A DNA stretch of 64,000 nt from Candidatus Nanoarchaeia archaeon (GCA_035283785.1 DATETG010000005.1:2902-66901), one strand, 5' to 3'. Positions 10,101-20,195 are shown, counted from the first letter of the stretch. Numbers and translations are program-made. The notes: generated from the sequence alone by a model not told the origin.

Positions 10101-11206
10101 AAATCATCATAAATTTTCAGAATGGGCTCCAATAAATCATCTGCTTCTTTGTAAGTAAATGGTTTAAATGAATAATCAAGTTCTAAACTTACAGGAAGAT
10201 TTCTTCTCTGAGATTCCTTAAGAACATCGACGAATCTTTCTTTTGGAATTAATCCCTGCAAAGTTTTTCCACCACCCCAATGTTGAGCAGGTTCTGAATT
10301 TGCAGGTAATCTAACACCTATTCCTTCTACTTGAGAAATGTGAACTGCGCGTGCTTGAGCCATATACTCTTCTTGCATTCCAACTCTTTTTTCGTATTCA
10401 TCCCACGAAGAAATTCCCATTGTGGCAAACAAATTATCAGGAGAGAAATTATTTCTGCTGAATGCATTAGGGATTTCTTCCATTGCAACCAAATGGGCCA
10501 GATCAAGAACCAAGTTTCCTCGAGAAATTTTACTTAGATTAGGCAAATCATTAAGAACTTCGTAATGCATTTTGTATTTGTCCATGTCTTCTGTTCTATT
10601 GCCTGTTTGCCAAAAACTTGAGTCCTGCACTACAGCAAGATAAGCATTTTCTATGGCAAGAGTCAATCCTTTTTGAATTCCCAATTCCTGAAGTCCTGCG
10701 AATCTTGATTCTGCAGTATCTATTATTTTGTCTCTCATTTTTACAAAATCAGGAACAGAATAAAATCCAGGTATTGAAAAATCTCCTTCCTTCAAATCAT
10801 GAGGTACTATTACTCCTACATGTGGTGCCACAACCAAATTTTCCCGTGGATTTGGATCTAAATCCCTTAATCTTGCAACGTGATCTATTGTTCTTCCCAA
10901 ATCAGAGGGTTTCTCTGAATTGTAAGTAGGATCAGAAGGAACATATGCTAAAGAGTTGTTTCTTTGAATGCATGTTTCAACGAGTCGTATTGGAATTCCA
11001 TATTTGCGCTCGTTTTCCAACTGCTTCTCAAAATTTTCCGACTTTATTGAATGTCCGGGAAGAAATGGTAAGAATGCGCCAACTTCAGTAGGAACTCCGT
11101 AAGAATCACTCAAGATTTCAATTCTGTCTTTTGCTTCTAAGAAAGCCTCAATTTCTTTATCAAAGTGGAGCATCAGTGGAAGTGCTATTTGCAATAGTTT
11201 TGTCAT
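10097..11206 (-). CDS. xylose-isomerase-like TIM-barrel sugar(-phosphate) isomerase/epimerase family protein (tentative)
   Basis: LAIENAYL and LDLAHLV motifs resemble metal-binding segments of AP-endonuclease-2/xylose-isomerase-like TIM barrels. Codon usage is noticeably GC-richer than its neighbours. Confidence 0.4.
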   Translation of the reverse strand: MTKLLQIALPLMLHFDKEIEAFLEAKDRIEILSDSYGVPTEVGAFLPFLPGHSIKSENFEKQLENERKYGIPIRLVETCIQRNNSLAYVPSDPTYNSEKPSDLGRTIDHVARLRDLDPNPRENLVVAPHVGVIVPHDLKEGDFSIPGFYSVPDFVKMRDKIIDTAESRFAGLQELGIQKGLTLAIENAYLAVVQDSSFWQTGNRTEDMDKYKMHYEVLNDLPNLSKISRGNLVLDLAHLVAMEEIPNAFSRNNFSPDNLFATMGISSWDEYEKRVGMQEEYMAQARAVHISQVEGIGVRLPANSEPAQHWGGGKTLQGLIPKERFVDVLKESQRRNLPVSLELDYSFKPFTYKEADDLLEPILKIYDDF

Positions 11207-11230
11207 AAACGTCCTAAAAGTTATTGATTT

Positions 11231-11992
11231 TTAAAGATTGTGCAATCCTTTTTCATGTTTTAATTTCTCCCACAAACTCACGTCCATTGATGAATCTCTT
11301 GGCAATTCAAAGGGCAGAGAATCCTTAATGTCATCAAGTTTTACGGGTTTCAAATCCCTGATGTACTTTTTGTACAGATTGTAATTTGAAATTTTTTTGT
11401 TTCCGACATTTATTGTTCCAACGAAATCACTTTCAAAAAGGATTTTAATTGCATCAACCAAATCTGAAACATTCATCTTCGAAGTGTAAACATCTTCGGG
11501 AACTTCGGAAAAATTTAATTTATCAGGATTAAAAAAACTAGTTCTTATTATGCAAAAATTTTTCAATAATCTTACAGAACTCTCTGCTGCAAGTTTTGTC
11601 CATCCGTAAGGATTCATGGGAATTGTTGGAGAGTTTTCCGAGTAGTTTCCCTCTGCCCTGCTATAAACGCCGTCAGTAGATATGTGAATAAATCTTATTT
11701 TTTTTCCTTGTTCTGATTCTTTCTTCAAAACTTCATTTACCAGATTAGAAGTCCCAATAACATTTGTATTTATGGCTTTTGTTATTTCCTCCTCTGAATT
11801 CCCGACGCGAACAATGGCTGCACAGTGTATGACTGTCTCAAAATCATTGTTTTGGAAAAAATTTCTCACGGAATCTTTATTAGCAATATCCATTTCTTTA
11901 TGACTTGGTGTTAGAATATTCTGGAATTTCCCGGATTTTACAATTGCGCTACCAAGGTTTCCCGAGCTCCCTGTGATAAGGATATTTTTCAT
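11231..11992 (-). CDS. short NAD(P)-binding reductase/epimerase (RmlD-like dTDP-4-dehydrorhamnose reductase family)
   Basis: N-terminal ILITGSSGNLGSAI Rossmann motif. About 250 aa, typical of RmlD-like reductases. Confidence 0.55.
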   Translation of the reverse strand: MKNILITGSSGNLGSAIVKSGKFQNILTPSHKEMDIANKDSVRNFFQNNDFETVIHCAAIVRVGNSEEEITKAINTNVIGTSNLVNEVLKKESEQGKKIRFIHISTDGVYSRAEGNYSENSPTIPMNPYGWTKLAAESSVRLLKNFCIIRTSFFNPDKLNFSEVPEDVYTSKMNVSDLVDAIKILFESDFVGTINVGNKKISNYNLYKKYIRDLKPVKLDDIKDSLPFELPRDSSMDVSLWEKLKHEKGLHNL

Positions 11993-13247
11993 CTTTGTAT
12001 TCACCAATTGAATGTTCTTTCTTTTCTGATTGCAAATCCTTGTTTTTATCTTTTTTCAATATTCCCCACAGATCAACAACATCAATATCTCCAGAAATTT
12101 GCAATTCTTTATAGGCAGAATGAGGAGCCCCGACAATTATGATATCGCTGTTTTTTATCAATTCTTCCTTTGATACAAATCGCGGATCTTTTGCAAATTC
12201 GTCGGAACAAAAAACTTCTGCTCCATGAAACTTAAGGAGCTTTCTTAATTTGAATGAAAGCGAGTCCCTTATATCATCAACTTCTGCCTTAAAAGCCATT
12301 CCCAAGATTCCAACTTTCTTTTTGTTTAAATCGTGTTTTTTCTTCAGGCTCTCTACAATCGTGTTTGGCAGTCCTTCATTTATTATCATCGCTGCGTTAC
12401 CTAATGGAAAATTAGCGTTATCAAAAGCAACCAAATGCATTGTGTCTTTCAACAAACAAGGACCTGCCGAGAAACCTGCACTTGCGAGCGTGCCTGCCCT
12501 GTCATAACCCTCAATTAATGCTTTTCTTATTCTTTCATAATCAAGACCCAGTTTTGTTGCGAGAGTATAAAACTGGTTTGCTACTGAAAATTGAATGTAT
12601 CTAAAAGAATTTGAAAAAAGCTTTATCAATTCCGCCTCTTCAACAATAGTTTCAACAATCTTTGGAGAAACAACGGAAAAAAGTTCTATGGCATCTTTAA
12701 TTGCTTTTTCGCTGAAACCGGAAACTATCTGGGGTAACTCAAGAAGCTCCTTAATGCCATATCCTTGAGCCAATCTTTCGGGACAGTAAGCAACATGAAT
12801 TGGATTCTCTCCAGCGGTCCAACCAAAATTTTTCAACATCTGCCGACAAACACCCGGATAAACAGTGCTTCTTATTATTAATGTCTGACCAGAGTCCAAA
12901 TACTCTGAGATTTCTGAAATTGAGTCCATAAACTTTCTAACTTGCGGATTCATGTATTCATCAATTTCTGTTCCAAGAGTGATTATCACATTTCTTGCGT
13001 ATGAAATGTCTCTCTTATCAAATGATATTTTTAATTTTTTTTTCTCTAGAACATCCTTCAAGATTGGCTCTGCCCCATGTTCTACAAAGGGCATTATCCC
13101 GTTCAATACAAGTTTTGCCTTATTTTCATCGATATCAAACAGACAAACTTCCAATCCCTTTTGAGCAAACACAATTCCTAATGGCAAACCTACATGCCCT
13201 AATCCACCTACAATCAATACATCAAACTTTCTTTCTCTATCTTCCAT
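11949..13247 (-). CDS. wecC: nucleotide-sugar 6-dehydrogenase (UDP-ManNAc/UDP-Glc dehydrogenase family, WecC-like)
   Basis: FDVLIVGGLGHVGLPLG NAD-binding N-terminus. Central and C-terminal UDPG/MGDP dehydrogenase domains. Start set at the internal Met (MEDRERKFDV). Confidence 0.8.
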   Translation of the reverse strand: MEDRERKFDVLIVGGLGHVGLPLGIVFAQKGLEVCLFDIDENKAKLVLNGIMPFVEHGAEPILKDVLEKKKLKISFDKRDISYARNVIITLGTEIDEYMNPQVRKFMDSISEISEYLDSGQTLIIRSTVYPGVCRQMLKNFGWTAGENPIHVAYCPERLAQGYGIKELLELPQIVSGFSEKAIKDAIELFSVVSPKIVETIVEEAELIKLFSNSFRYIQFSVANQFYTLATKLGLDYERIRKALIEGYDRAGTLASAGFSAGPCLLKDTMHLVAFDNANFPLGNAAMIINEGLPNTIVESLKKKHDLNKKKVGILGMAFKAEVDDIRDSLSFKLRKLLKFHGAEVFCSDEFAKDPRFVSKEELIKNSDIIIVGAPHSAYKELQISGDIDVVDLWGILKKDKNKDLQSEKKEHSIGEYKDEKYPYHRELGKPW

Positions 13248-13310
13248 ATGAAAAGTATCTTCATAAGCTTTAAAAATAATACTATTCTGCAAAATATACT
13301 TATATAAAAG

Positions 13311-14444
13311 ATGAAAAATAAAGAGATTAAAGTACAACTTCTTGCTAGCCCACATCCCCAATTCGACGAGATTTTAAACTTTCCTCCGAGAGGTGTTAAA
13401 TATGTTGTTAACAGAGTAAAAACATCGTATCACGGCTGGTTCACGGAAAAAAAAATAGAACTTCACAACAATCTCCTTAAAATTTTTCCTTTGCCCAGAA
13501 TGGCCAGAACGAAAACAGACGCGGATTTAATTCATTCAACTCGCGGAATATTACAAATAAACCAGAAAAAACCATGGATTGTAGATTGTGAATCGGGAGG
13601 AGTGTTTACTTCTTTTAATTATGAATCTCTCAAGAACCCAATAACAAAAAAGATTATCTCAAAACTTTTATCCTCTAAAAACTGCAAGAAGATACTCCCT
13701 CAAAGCCGGGCGGCAAAGGAAGACTTGCTGAAAGCACTTGATTGCAGCAAATTTAAGGAAAAAATAGAGATTCTTTATCTCGCCATGCGTCCCTGCAGGA
13801 AAAAGAGAATAAACAGAAAAGACAAAAAATTTGTGATCTCTTTTGTTGGAAGATATTTCTATGGGAAGGGTGGACATGATATTATAATGGCATATGAGAG
13901 ACTATCTAAAAAATATAAAAATCTAGAATTGAAATTCAAGGGAGACATACCTAAAGAGTATAAGATTCCAAGGATTAAGGGATTAAAAATCATAAATGGT
14001 CATCTCTCAAGAGAAAAACTTTTTGATGAGATGTATCTTAGTGCAGATGTTTTTGTCTTACCAACACATACAGATAATTACGGAGTGGTTTTTTTAGAGG
14101 CAATGTCTGCAGGATTACCAATAATAGGTACGACCAGCTTCACAGTCCCGGAATTAATTGAAGACGGAAAAAATGGGTTTTTAATAAAAAGTCCTTATTC
14201 CTGGGAAAATTATTTGACAAAGGACGGCTTTGACCAAAAAAAATTCACAGAATATATAACAAAAGATCATCCTGACATTGTTAAACAAATCGTTGATAAA
14301 GTCTCCATTTTAATAGATAACAAGAAATTGAGGGAAAAAATGGGAAAAGAAAGCAGGAGAATGATTGAGGGAAAAAATGGGAAGTTCAGCATTGAAAGAA
14401 GAAACAATCAATTAAAGAGAATATACTTAGAGGCATTATCATGA
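13311..14444 (+). CDS. GT1/GT4-family glycosyltransferase
   Basis: EAMSAGLPIIGT...GKNGFL EX7E-type motif of retaining GT4 glycosyltransferases. Confidence 0.75.
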   Translation: MKNKEIKVQLLASPHPQFDEILNFPPRGVKYVVNRVKTSYHGWFTEKKIELHNNLLKIFPLPRMARTKTDADLIHSTRGILQINQKKPWIVDCESGGVFTSFNYESLKNPITKKIISKLLSSKNCKKILPQSRAAKEDLLKALDCSKFKEKIEILYLAMRPCRKKRINRKDKKFVISFVGRYFYGKGGHDIIMAYERLSKKYKNLELKFKGDIPKEYKIPRIKGLKIINGHLSREKLFDEMYLSADVFVLPTHTDNYGVVFLEAMSAGLPIIGTTSFTVPELIEDGKNGFLIKSPYSWENYLTKDGFDQKKFTEYITKDHPDIVKQIVDKVSILIDNKKLREKMGKESRRMIEGKNGKFSIERRNNQLKRIYLEALS

Positions 14445-15517
14445 TCGAAATCTTGGAACTAAGAGAAGAATATAATAATTTGTGGGAAGATTTTTTAAAA
14501 AATAATGAGGAATCAAAATTTTATCATTCTGTAAGATTCAAAGAAGTAATCGAAAAAACCTACAAAAACTGTGCAGGGAAATACTTTTTTATTTTGAATG
14601 ATAAAAAGGTTTCGGCAATTTTTCCATTTTTTTTTGTAAAAAGCAAAATCTTTGGAAACAGACTAATCTCTCTTCCTTTTCTCGACAGCGGAGGGTTCAT
14701 CGGAACTTACAAAAAAGAGGACCTAACATTTCTTTTAGAAGAATTAAAAAAAATTAAGGACTTAGATGAGATAGAAATAAAACTAAACACTTTCATGGAA
14801 AATTACGGCAAAAACGGAAAAATTCTTTCTTCGCTAAATTTTGTTGAAAAAAATAATAAAAATCAAATTTTTCTAAAAATAGAAGGGGCAGACGCTATGT
14901 GGGGAAACCTTAGCAGAATTACAAAGAAAGGAATAAAAAAAGCAGAAAAATCAAATCTGAGAATAGAAGAAATAACCAATGAAGAAGAATTAAAAAGATT
15001 CTACTCACTATACGAAAATAATATGAAAAGTTTTGGTTCTCCTCAACATTCTTATCAATATTTTTTAAATCTTTTCAGTGTCATGAAGAATAATTTTAGA
15101 GGATTAAACTGCTACAAGGAGAGTAAATTGATTAGTTCTCTGATAGTTTTCTTTTCAAAAAATTATATCCACGCGGCGTTTAATCCTTCGGACGGAGATT
15201 ATCTTGTATATCAACCAAATGATTTGTTGCATTGGGAGACCATAAAATGGGCTGAAAAAAAAGGTGTCAAGTATTTTGACATCGGACAATGTGATATCGA
15301 TGCTCAGAATGACACCCGGGCCGGCGGGATATTAAGATTTAAAAAAAAATGGAACGGTGTAATCTATGAAAAAAAATCTTTTCTGTATTACATTAACAAT
15401 AACAAAAAAACAGGGGGTAATAGTAAACTTAAAAGATTCAGTTTTTTGTGGAAAAAACTTCCAATATTTTTTACGAGGGTTGTTGGTCCAAAAATAAATT
15501 CACAACTAGGAGTGTAA
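14441..15517 (+). CDS. FemAB-like (GNAT-fold) aminoacyl/acyl transferase family protein (tentative)
   Basis: About 360 aa. The general FemAB/BioF2-like pattern is present (FFILNDKK...SLPFLDSGG...). Similarity was judged by eye only. Confidence 0.4.
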   Translation: MIEILELREEYNNLWEDFLKNNEESKFYHSVRFKEVIEKTYKNCAGKYFFILNDKKVSAIFPFFFVKSKIFGNRLISLPFLDSGGFIGTYKKEDLTFLLEELKKIKDLDEIEIKLNTFMENYGKNGKILSSLNFVEKNNKNQIFLKIEGADAMWGNLSRITKKGIKKAEKSNLRIEEITNEEELKRFYSLYENNMKSFGSPQHSYQYFLNLFSVMKNNFRGLNCYKESKLISSLIVFFSKNYIHAAFNPSDGDYLVYQPNDLLHWETIKWAEKKGVKYFDIGQCDIDAQNDTRAGGILRFKKKWNGVIYEKKSFLYYINNNKKTGGNSKLKRFSFLWKKLPIFFTRVVGPKINSQLGV

Positions 15518-15534
15518 GACAACTTTAAAAAGAC

Positions 15535-16161
15535 ATGAAGAAAAATTTGTACAGAACCTCGGAAAAAATAGGAAAAGAAAAAAATTTTGAGACATCATGG
15601 GGAGTTTATGATGAAGTTCTTAAAGTAATAAAAATCAGGAATAACGAGAAGATTTTGGATGCGGGTTGTGGTAATGGTTTTTTCGGAAATTATGTGAAGA
15701 CTAAGAATCTTTACGGAGTTGACATAGACAAAGAAGCATTAAAAAAAGCCAGAAAAAATAATTACAAAAAATTAGTAATTTCTGAAATTTATAAATTACC
15801 ATTTAAGGACAAGTATTTTGACAAATCTGTGTCTATACAAGTTTTCCAGTACATTGAAGAACCTGAAAAAGCTCTTAATGAATTAATTAGAGTAACAAAA
15901 GAAAAAATAGTTTTGAGTGCCCCAAATTTTAAATGGCTCCAATTAAGTTCATATCTGTCTAATAAATACAAGGAGAGATTTATTTACTGCAGAGAAAATG
16001 AAAATTTTACGGATGAAAGATTCATGAGAAATCTTGGAAAGAAGTTTAACTTGGATGTAAAGGTTTATTATGCTTCAAATAAATTTTCTTTTTTTAGAAA
16101 TATCTTTGGCAAATATATATCAAGCGAAATAATAGCTATTTACAACCTAAAAGAAAAATGA
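15535..16161 (+). CDS. class I SAM-dependent methyltransferase
   Basis: ILDAGCGNGFF motif I. About 200 aa, Methyltransf_11-like. Confidence 0.7.
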   Translation: MKKNLYRTSEKIGKEKNFETSWGVYDEVLKVIKIRNNEKILDAGCGNGFFGNYVKTKNLYGVDIDKEALKKARKNNYKKLVISEIYKLPFKDKYFDKSVSIQVFQYIEEPEKALNELIRVTKEKIVLSAPNFKWLQLSSYLSNKYKERFIYCRENENFTDERFMRNLGKKFNLDVKVYYASNKFSFFRNIFGKYISSEIIAIYNLKEK

Positions 16162-16934
16162 AAAAATTTACGTTAAGAGTGGACGTTGAATCCGAAAGAG
16201 GAATAAAAGAGGGTATACCTCCACTTCTTAACCTGCTTAAAAAACACAATATCAAGGCAAGTTTTTACGTGTCTATGGGTGGAGAATCTAATATTCTTGA
16301 ACTTCTAAAGTACAGAAAATCTCTGGAGAGTTCTATGGAAAGAAATGTAAGTGTTTGGAGTTTAAGGGACAAATTTAGGATGGCTTTTTTCCCAAAGGAT
16401 TTCGTAACAATTAACAGAGATATTCTAAAACTAATTTTAGAAGAAGGACATGAACTGGGGATTCATGGTTGGAAACACAGAGAATGGACTCGAGGATTAA
16501 ACATGATAGATATAGAAAAAACAGTTGACAAATCTGTGTCCAAGTATGAAAAGTTATTTGGAAAGAAACCAATAAGTTTTTCAGCACCAGGTTTCAATTC
16601 AAATGAAAAAGTTTTGAAGATTCTAAGAACAAGAGGAATAAAATTTATGAGTGATTTTCCGGGAGAGTCTGTTAAGATTTACGATGGTATAAAAAATATT
16701 CCCATAACAATAACCGGAAAAAAACAATCTCCAATAATAGAGTATCTAGTTTCCTTAGGAAAAAATGATGATGAGATTTTTGATGAGATAAAGGAAAAAA
16801 TAATTAATAAAAATATTGCCTCAATGTATGTACATTGTCTTTTTGAAGCTCGATTTAAAATTCCGTTGCTGGAAAGGATATTTGAATTTGTCAAAAAGGA
16901 GAAGATTAAAACAAGGAGGATTATTGATTACTAA
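16158..16934 (+). CDS. polysaccharide deacetylase (CE4 / ArnD-like deformylase family)
   Basis: N-terminus FTLRVDVESERGIKEGIPPLLNLLKKHNIKASFYVSMGGE closely parallels the ArnD N-terminus (LRIDVDT.RGTREGVPRLLEIL..HNI.ASFFFSVG). Confidence 0.6.
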   Translation: MKKFTLRVDVESERGIKEGIPPLLNLLKKHNIKASFYVSMGGESNILELLKYRKSLESSMERNVSVWSLRDKFRMAFFPKDFVTINRDILKLILEEGHELGIHGWKHREWTRGLNMIDIEKTVDKSVSKYEKLFGKKPISFSAPGFNSNEKVLKILRTRGIKFMSDFPGESVKIYDGIKNIPITITGKKQSPIIEYLVSLGKNDDEIFDEIKEKIINKNIASMYVHCLFEARFKIPLLERIFEFVKKEKIKTRRIIDY

Positions 16935-16935
16935 G

Positions 16936-17799
16936 ATGAAAATAGCAATAATCGGCTCATCTGGATTTTTAGGAACAAAACTTATGAATTTTTTTTCAAA
17001 AGAACACAAAGTTTTAGGAACATACATTAAAAATGAAAAACCTGGACTTCAAAAGTTAGATGCCACAAACAAAAATGATGTTGAAGAGCTTATATCAGAA
17101 TATAGGCCGGATGTGGTAATAGATACTGTTGCGTTAACAAGCAGTATTACTTGTGAAAAAAATCCAAGGCTTTGTAAGACATTAAATTATACAACTGCAA
17201 AAAACATCGCAGATGCTTGCAAAAAAACAGGTTCAAAAATGGTTTTCATTTCTTCGTCATACATTTTCGATGGAAAAAAGGGAGATTATGAAGAAACTGA
17301 CAAACCAAATCCAAAGAATGAATATGCAAAATACAAAGTTCTCGCAGAAAGAGAAGTTCTCAATATTCAAAATTCTCTGGTTATAAGGGTGGACATCATG
17401 TATGGATATAACGGCAAAAAAGAAAAAAATGGGGTTTTTGGAAATTCTATATTGCGTGAAGAAGAGATAAAATTAAAAGAACCTGACCAAATCAGGACTC
17501 CCGTGTTTGTCGAAGATGTTGCAAGAAGCATTTTGTTTCTAACAGAAAAAAAACAAAGCGGGATTTTTCATGTTGCAGGAATGGAAAAAATGAAAATGAT
17601 TTATTTTCTTAAAAATCTAGAAAAAACTGTTAGGAAAAAAACAAAAATATCTGTTGATGACGACAAAACACAAAGGCATCCGGTCAAAATCCCTTTCAAT
17701 GCAACTTTAAACAACGCAAAAATTGTAAGGCTTGGATTTAAATTTGGTTCTTTTACGAATAATCTAGCCACATTAAAAAAACAATATCTGGAAAAATAA
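16936..17799 (+). CDS. NAD-dependent epimerase/reductase (RmlD-like), second copy
   Basis: MKIAIIGSSGFLGTKL Rossmann start. The in-frame upstream extension back to 16816 overlaps the previous gene and was rejected. Confidence 0.6.
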   Translation: MKIAIIGSSGFLGTKLMNFFSKEHKVLGTYIKNEKPGLQKLDATNKNDVEELISEYRPDVVIDTVALTSSITCEKNPRLCKTLNYTTAKNIADACKKTGSKMVFISSSYIFDGKKGDYEETDKPNPKNEYAKYKVLAEREVLNIQNSLVIRVDIMYGYNGKKEKNGVFGNSILREEEIKLKEPDQIRTPVFVEDVARSILFLTEKKQSGIFHVAGMEKMKMIYFLKNLEKTVRKKTKISVDDDKTQRHPVKIPFNATLNNAKIVRLGFKFGSFTNNLATLKKQYLEK

Positions 17800-19047
17800 T
17801 TAATTTTTGCTTATCACTTTAAATGCAGGCAAAGGAACAATAAACTTAACCCCTCTCTCAAAAAGTCCATTTTCCTGTTTTTTTATTTCCTCGAAAAAAT
17901 GCCAAGTCATAACCAGCAGATAATCGGGATTTTTCTCCCTCATCTTCTCTGGAGAAACTATCGGAATCATGCTTCCAACTGTTTTCTTACCGTGCTTATC
18001 TGAATTTTTATCAGCAATGCAATCAACCAATTTTGCATCTAAATCGAAATACTGCAAGATTACATTACCTCTTGTAGAAGCTCCGTAAATGCAAATCTTT
18101 TTGCCGTTTTTCTTTTCATCCTTCAAAAAACCCACCAGGTCTTTCTTTATACCGTTTATTCTTAAGGCAAATTCGATGTATGGTTTTAATGTGTTTAAAC
18201 CCATCGCACTCTCTTTTCTTTCTATTTCACCAAATCTTTTTTCAAAATTTTTGAAAGGCCTTACATCCGCATTGTCCTGGAATTTAATGTAGGTCCTTAT
18301 GCTACCCCCGTTTATGTCATTAAGTTCCACATCAAAAATCTCTAAACCATATTTCTCTATAAGAGGTTTTAACGAGGTTAAAGAGTAATACTCTCTGTGT
18401 TCATGGCAGATGTTGTCAAAAGCGTTTTGTTCTAGCATTGACACCAGATAATTCTGCTGAATTACGAAAATTCCTTTTTTTTCCAAACATTCAACTATGT
18501 CTTTAACAAAATTATTTGGGTCTTCAAGATCGTAAAACATTGATATTGCAGTTATTATTTTTGCCTTTTTTCCTTGAAATTTTTCCTTGAAATTTTTTGC
18601 ATTAAAAAAGTTGTTTATTACGTTGAATCCTTTTGATGATGCCTCTCTGGCGACATTTTCAGATGGTTCAAATCCCACCAATTCTATTTCTTTGTTCTGA
18701 TAAAAACTCAGCAATGTTCCGTCATTGCATCCGATGTCCACAACAATATCTCCTTTATTCAACTTAACCAATTTTTCAGATTTTTGAACAATATCTTTTA
18801 AGTCCTCTTTTATTGTTGTGCTTATTCCCGATTTGTACCAATATTGTTTGCCCCACATTTTTTCAGGAGGAGCATTGTGCTTTAATTGCAATAATTTACA
18901 GTTCTGGCACAAGACTATCTCGAGAGGTATTTTTTCTTCCTTTTCATCAAACGAATCTACAAAATTGCTTATATACTGGTTACCTAGAGAGAGAATATCT
19001 GTTAAATTTTTATTATTACAAACTCTGCAATTTTTTATTTCAAACAT
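17800..19047 (-). CDS. NDP-hexose C-methyltransferase-like protein, paralog of 7704..8936
   Basis: CRVCNN...CQNCKLLQL zinc ribbon and VDIGCNDGT SAM motif. Start set at MFEIKNCRVC (ATG at 19045-19047). Confidence 0.7.
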   Translation of the reverse strand: MFEIKNCRVCNNKNLTDILSLGNQYISNFVDSFDEKEEKIPLEIVLCQNCKLLQLKHNAPPEKMWGKQYWYKSGISTTIKEDLKDIVQKSEKLVKLNKGDIVVDIGCNDGTLLSFYQNKEIELVGFEPSENVAREASSKGFNVINNFFNAKNFKEKFQGKKAKIITAISMFYDLEDPNNFVKDIVECLEKKGIFVIQQNYLVSMLEQNAFDNICHEHREYYSLTSLKPLIEKYGLEIFDVELNDINGGSIRTYIKFQDNADVRPFKNFEKRFGEIERKESAMGLNTLKPYIEFALRINGIKKDLVGFLKDEKKNGKKICIYGASTRGNVILQYFDLDAKLVDCIADKNSDKHGKKTVGSMIPIVSPEKMREKNPDYLLVMTWHFFEEIKKQENGLFERGVKFIVPLPAFKVISKN

Positions 19048-19048
19048 C

Positions 19049-19486
19049 TTATTTAAATATATTATTAATCCCGTCAAATGCAAGAATCGATTTTGGGAAT
19101 TTTTTCTTTAATTCTTCTTTTCTTACTAAAAGATTGCCTCCAAGCATGTTACCAACAATTCTTTGGAATATCCTTGAATTTCCTTCCTCTTGAACGTTGT
19201 GAAAAAAACAAAAATGCTTCTTTTCAAAAACTCTCTCGGGGATTAAAAGTGGAAAGGCCATGCTCCAATCTTGAGTGTATATTACATCATAGTTTTTTTC
19301 CTTGTCTCTCCTTTTTATCGCTTCCTTCAAAGTACCCATTGAACCTGACAATGAGTCAATGCCTAAGTCATCCTCTCTCGACAAAAGATCCACATTGTGT
19401 CCTTTTTCTTCAAGTTTTTGCTTTACACTCCTAACGATATCCCATGACTCTTCCTTCTTTTTCCTGAAAACAATAAGTATTTTCAT
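19049..19486 (-). pseudogene. truncated glycosyltransferase fragment: the N-terminal ~145 aa of a paralog of 24724..25626
   Basis: Aligns collinearly with residues 1-150 of the 300-aa protein at 24724..25626 (GHNVDLLSREDD / GHKVDFLSREDD; DWSMAFPLLIPERVFEKKHFCFFH / DWSFAFPLLFPKRIFKKNHICCFCGH). Its stop codon lies 1 nt from the C-MTase start. Confidence 0.6.
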
Positions 19487-19487
19487 T

Positions 19488-20195
19488 TCAATCGGAAGCC
19501 TCCAATCTTTTTAATGTTTCTTCTGCATGTTTTAATTCTTTTTTGTCATTTACTGTGAGCCATATTCCTTCATGATGGAATGAATGTATTTTCCCGTGAT
19601 TAATCAATTTCCTAAATGCATTTTCTTCAATATTACCACCTTCTAGAAAGCCCTTAATTTTTTTATTGAAAACATAAATCCCTGAATTCATTTTCTTGTC
19701 GATTAATTCTCCCTTCTCTTTGAATTCCTTTATTTTTCCGTCATCTTCAATATGGAGAATTCCGAAATTTGTTCGCAGATTGATGGTTGTAATTGTAACG
19801 ACTGCGTCATTCTTTAAATGACATTCCAAAAGATTATCCAATTGCAAATCAGTTATTTGGTCTCCGTTCATTGCATAAAAATTCTCGTCTGTTATGCCTG
19901 ACTGACTTATCGCCGCCTTGAATGCATCTTCTGTTCCTCCTTTTTCATCATGCTCCGTATAATTTATTTTCACACCGAAATCTTCCCCATCACCAAAATA
20001 ATTTTTAATCATTTCTTTTTTATACGCCACCCCGATTATAACATTTTCAACACCATGTTTTACCAGCCACCCAATTATTCTCTCGAGAATGGGCTTTCCA
20101 TTAACAGGGATTAACGGTTTTGGCAAGTCTTCTGTGCGTTCTTCCAACCTTGTTCCCCTGCCACCTGCAATTATTACTGCTGTCTTTAGCACCAT
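19488..20195 (-). CDS. sugar-1-phosphate nucleotidyltransferase (RmlA/ManC-like short form)
   Basis: N-terminal AVIIAGGRGTRLEERTEDLPKPLIPVNGKPILE motif, canonical for the NTP_transferase family. Confidence 0.8.
   Translation of the reverse strand: MVLKTAVIIAGGRGTRLEERTEDLPKPLIPVNGKPILERIIGWLVKHGVENVIIGVAYKKEMIKNYFGDGEDFGVKINYTEHDEKGGTEDAFKAAISQSGITDENFYAMNGDQITDLQLDNLLECHLKNDAVVTITTINLRTNFGILHIEDDGKIKEFKEKGELIDKKMNSGIYVFNKKIKGFLEGGNIEENAFRKLINHGKIHSFHHEGIWLTVNDKKELKHAEETLKRLEASD

Noticed and set aside
16816-16935. N-terminal extension of the RmlD-like gene
   Set aside because: It overlaps the 3' end of the ArnD-like gene. The Rossmann motif begins right after the internal Met at 16936.
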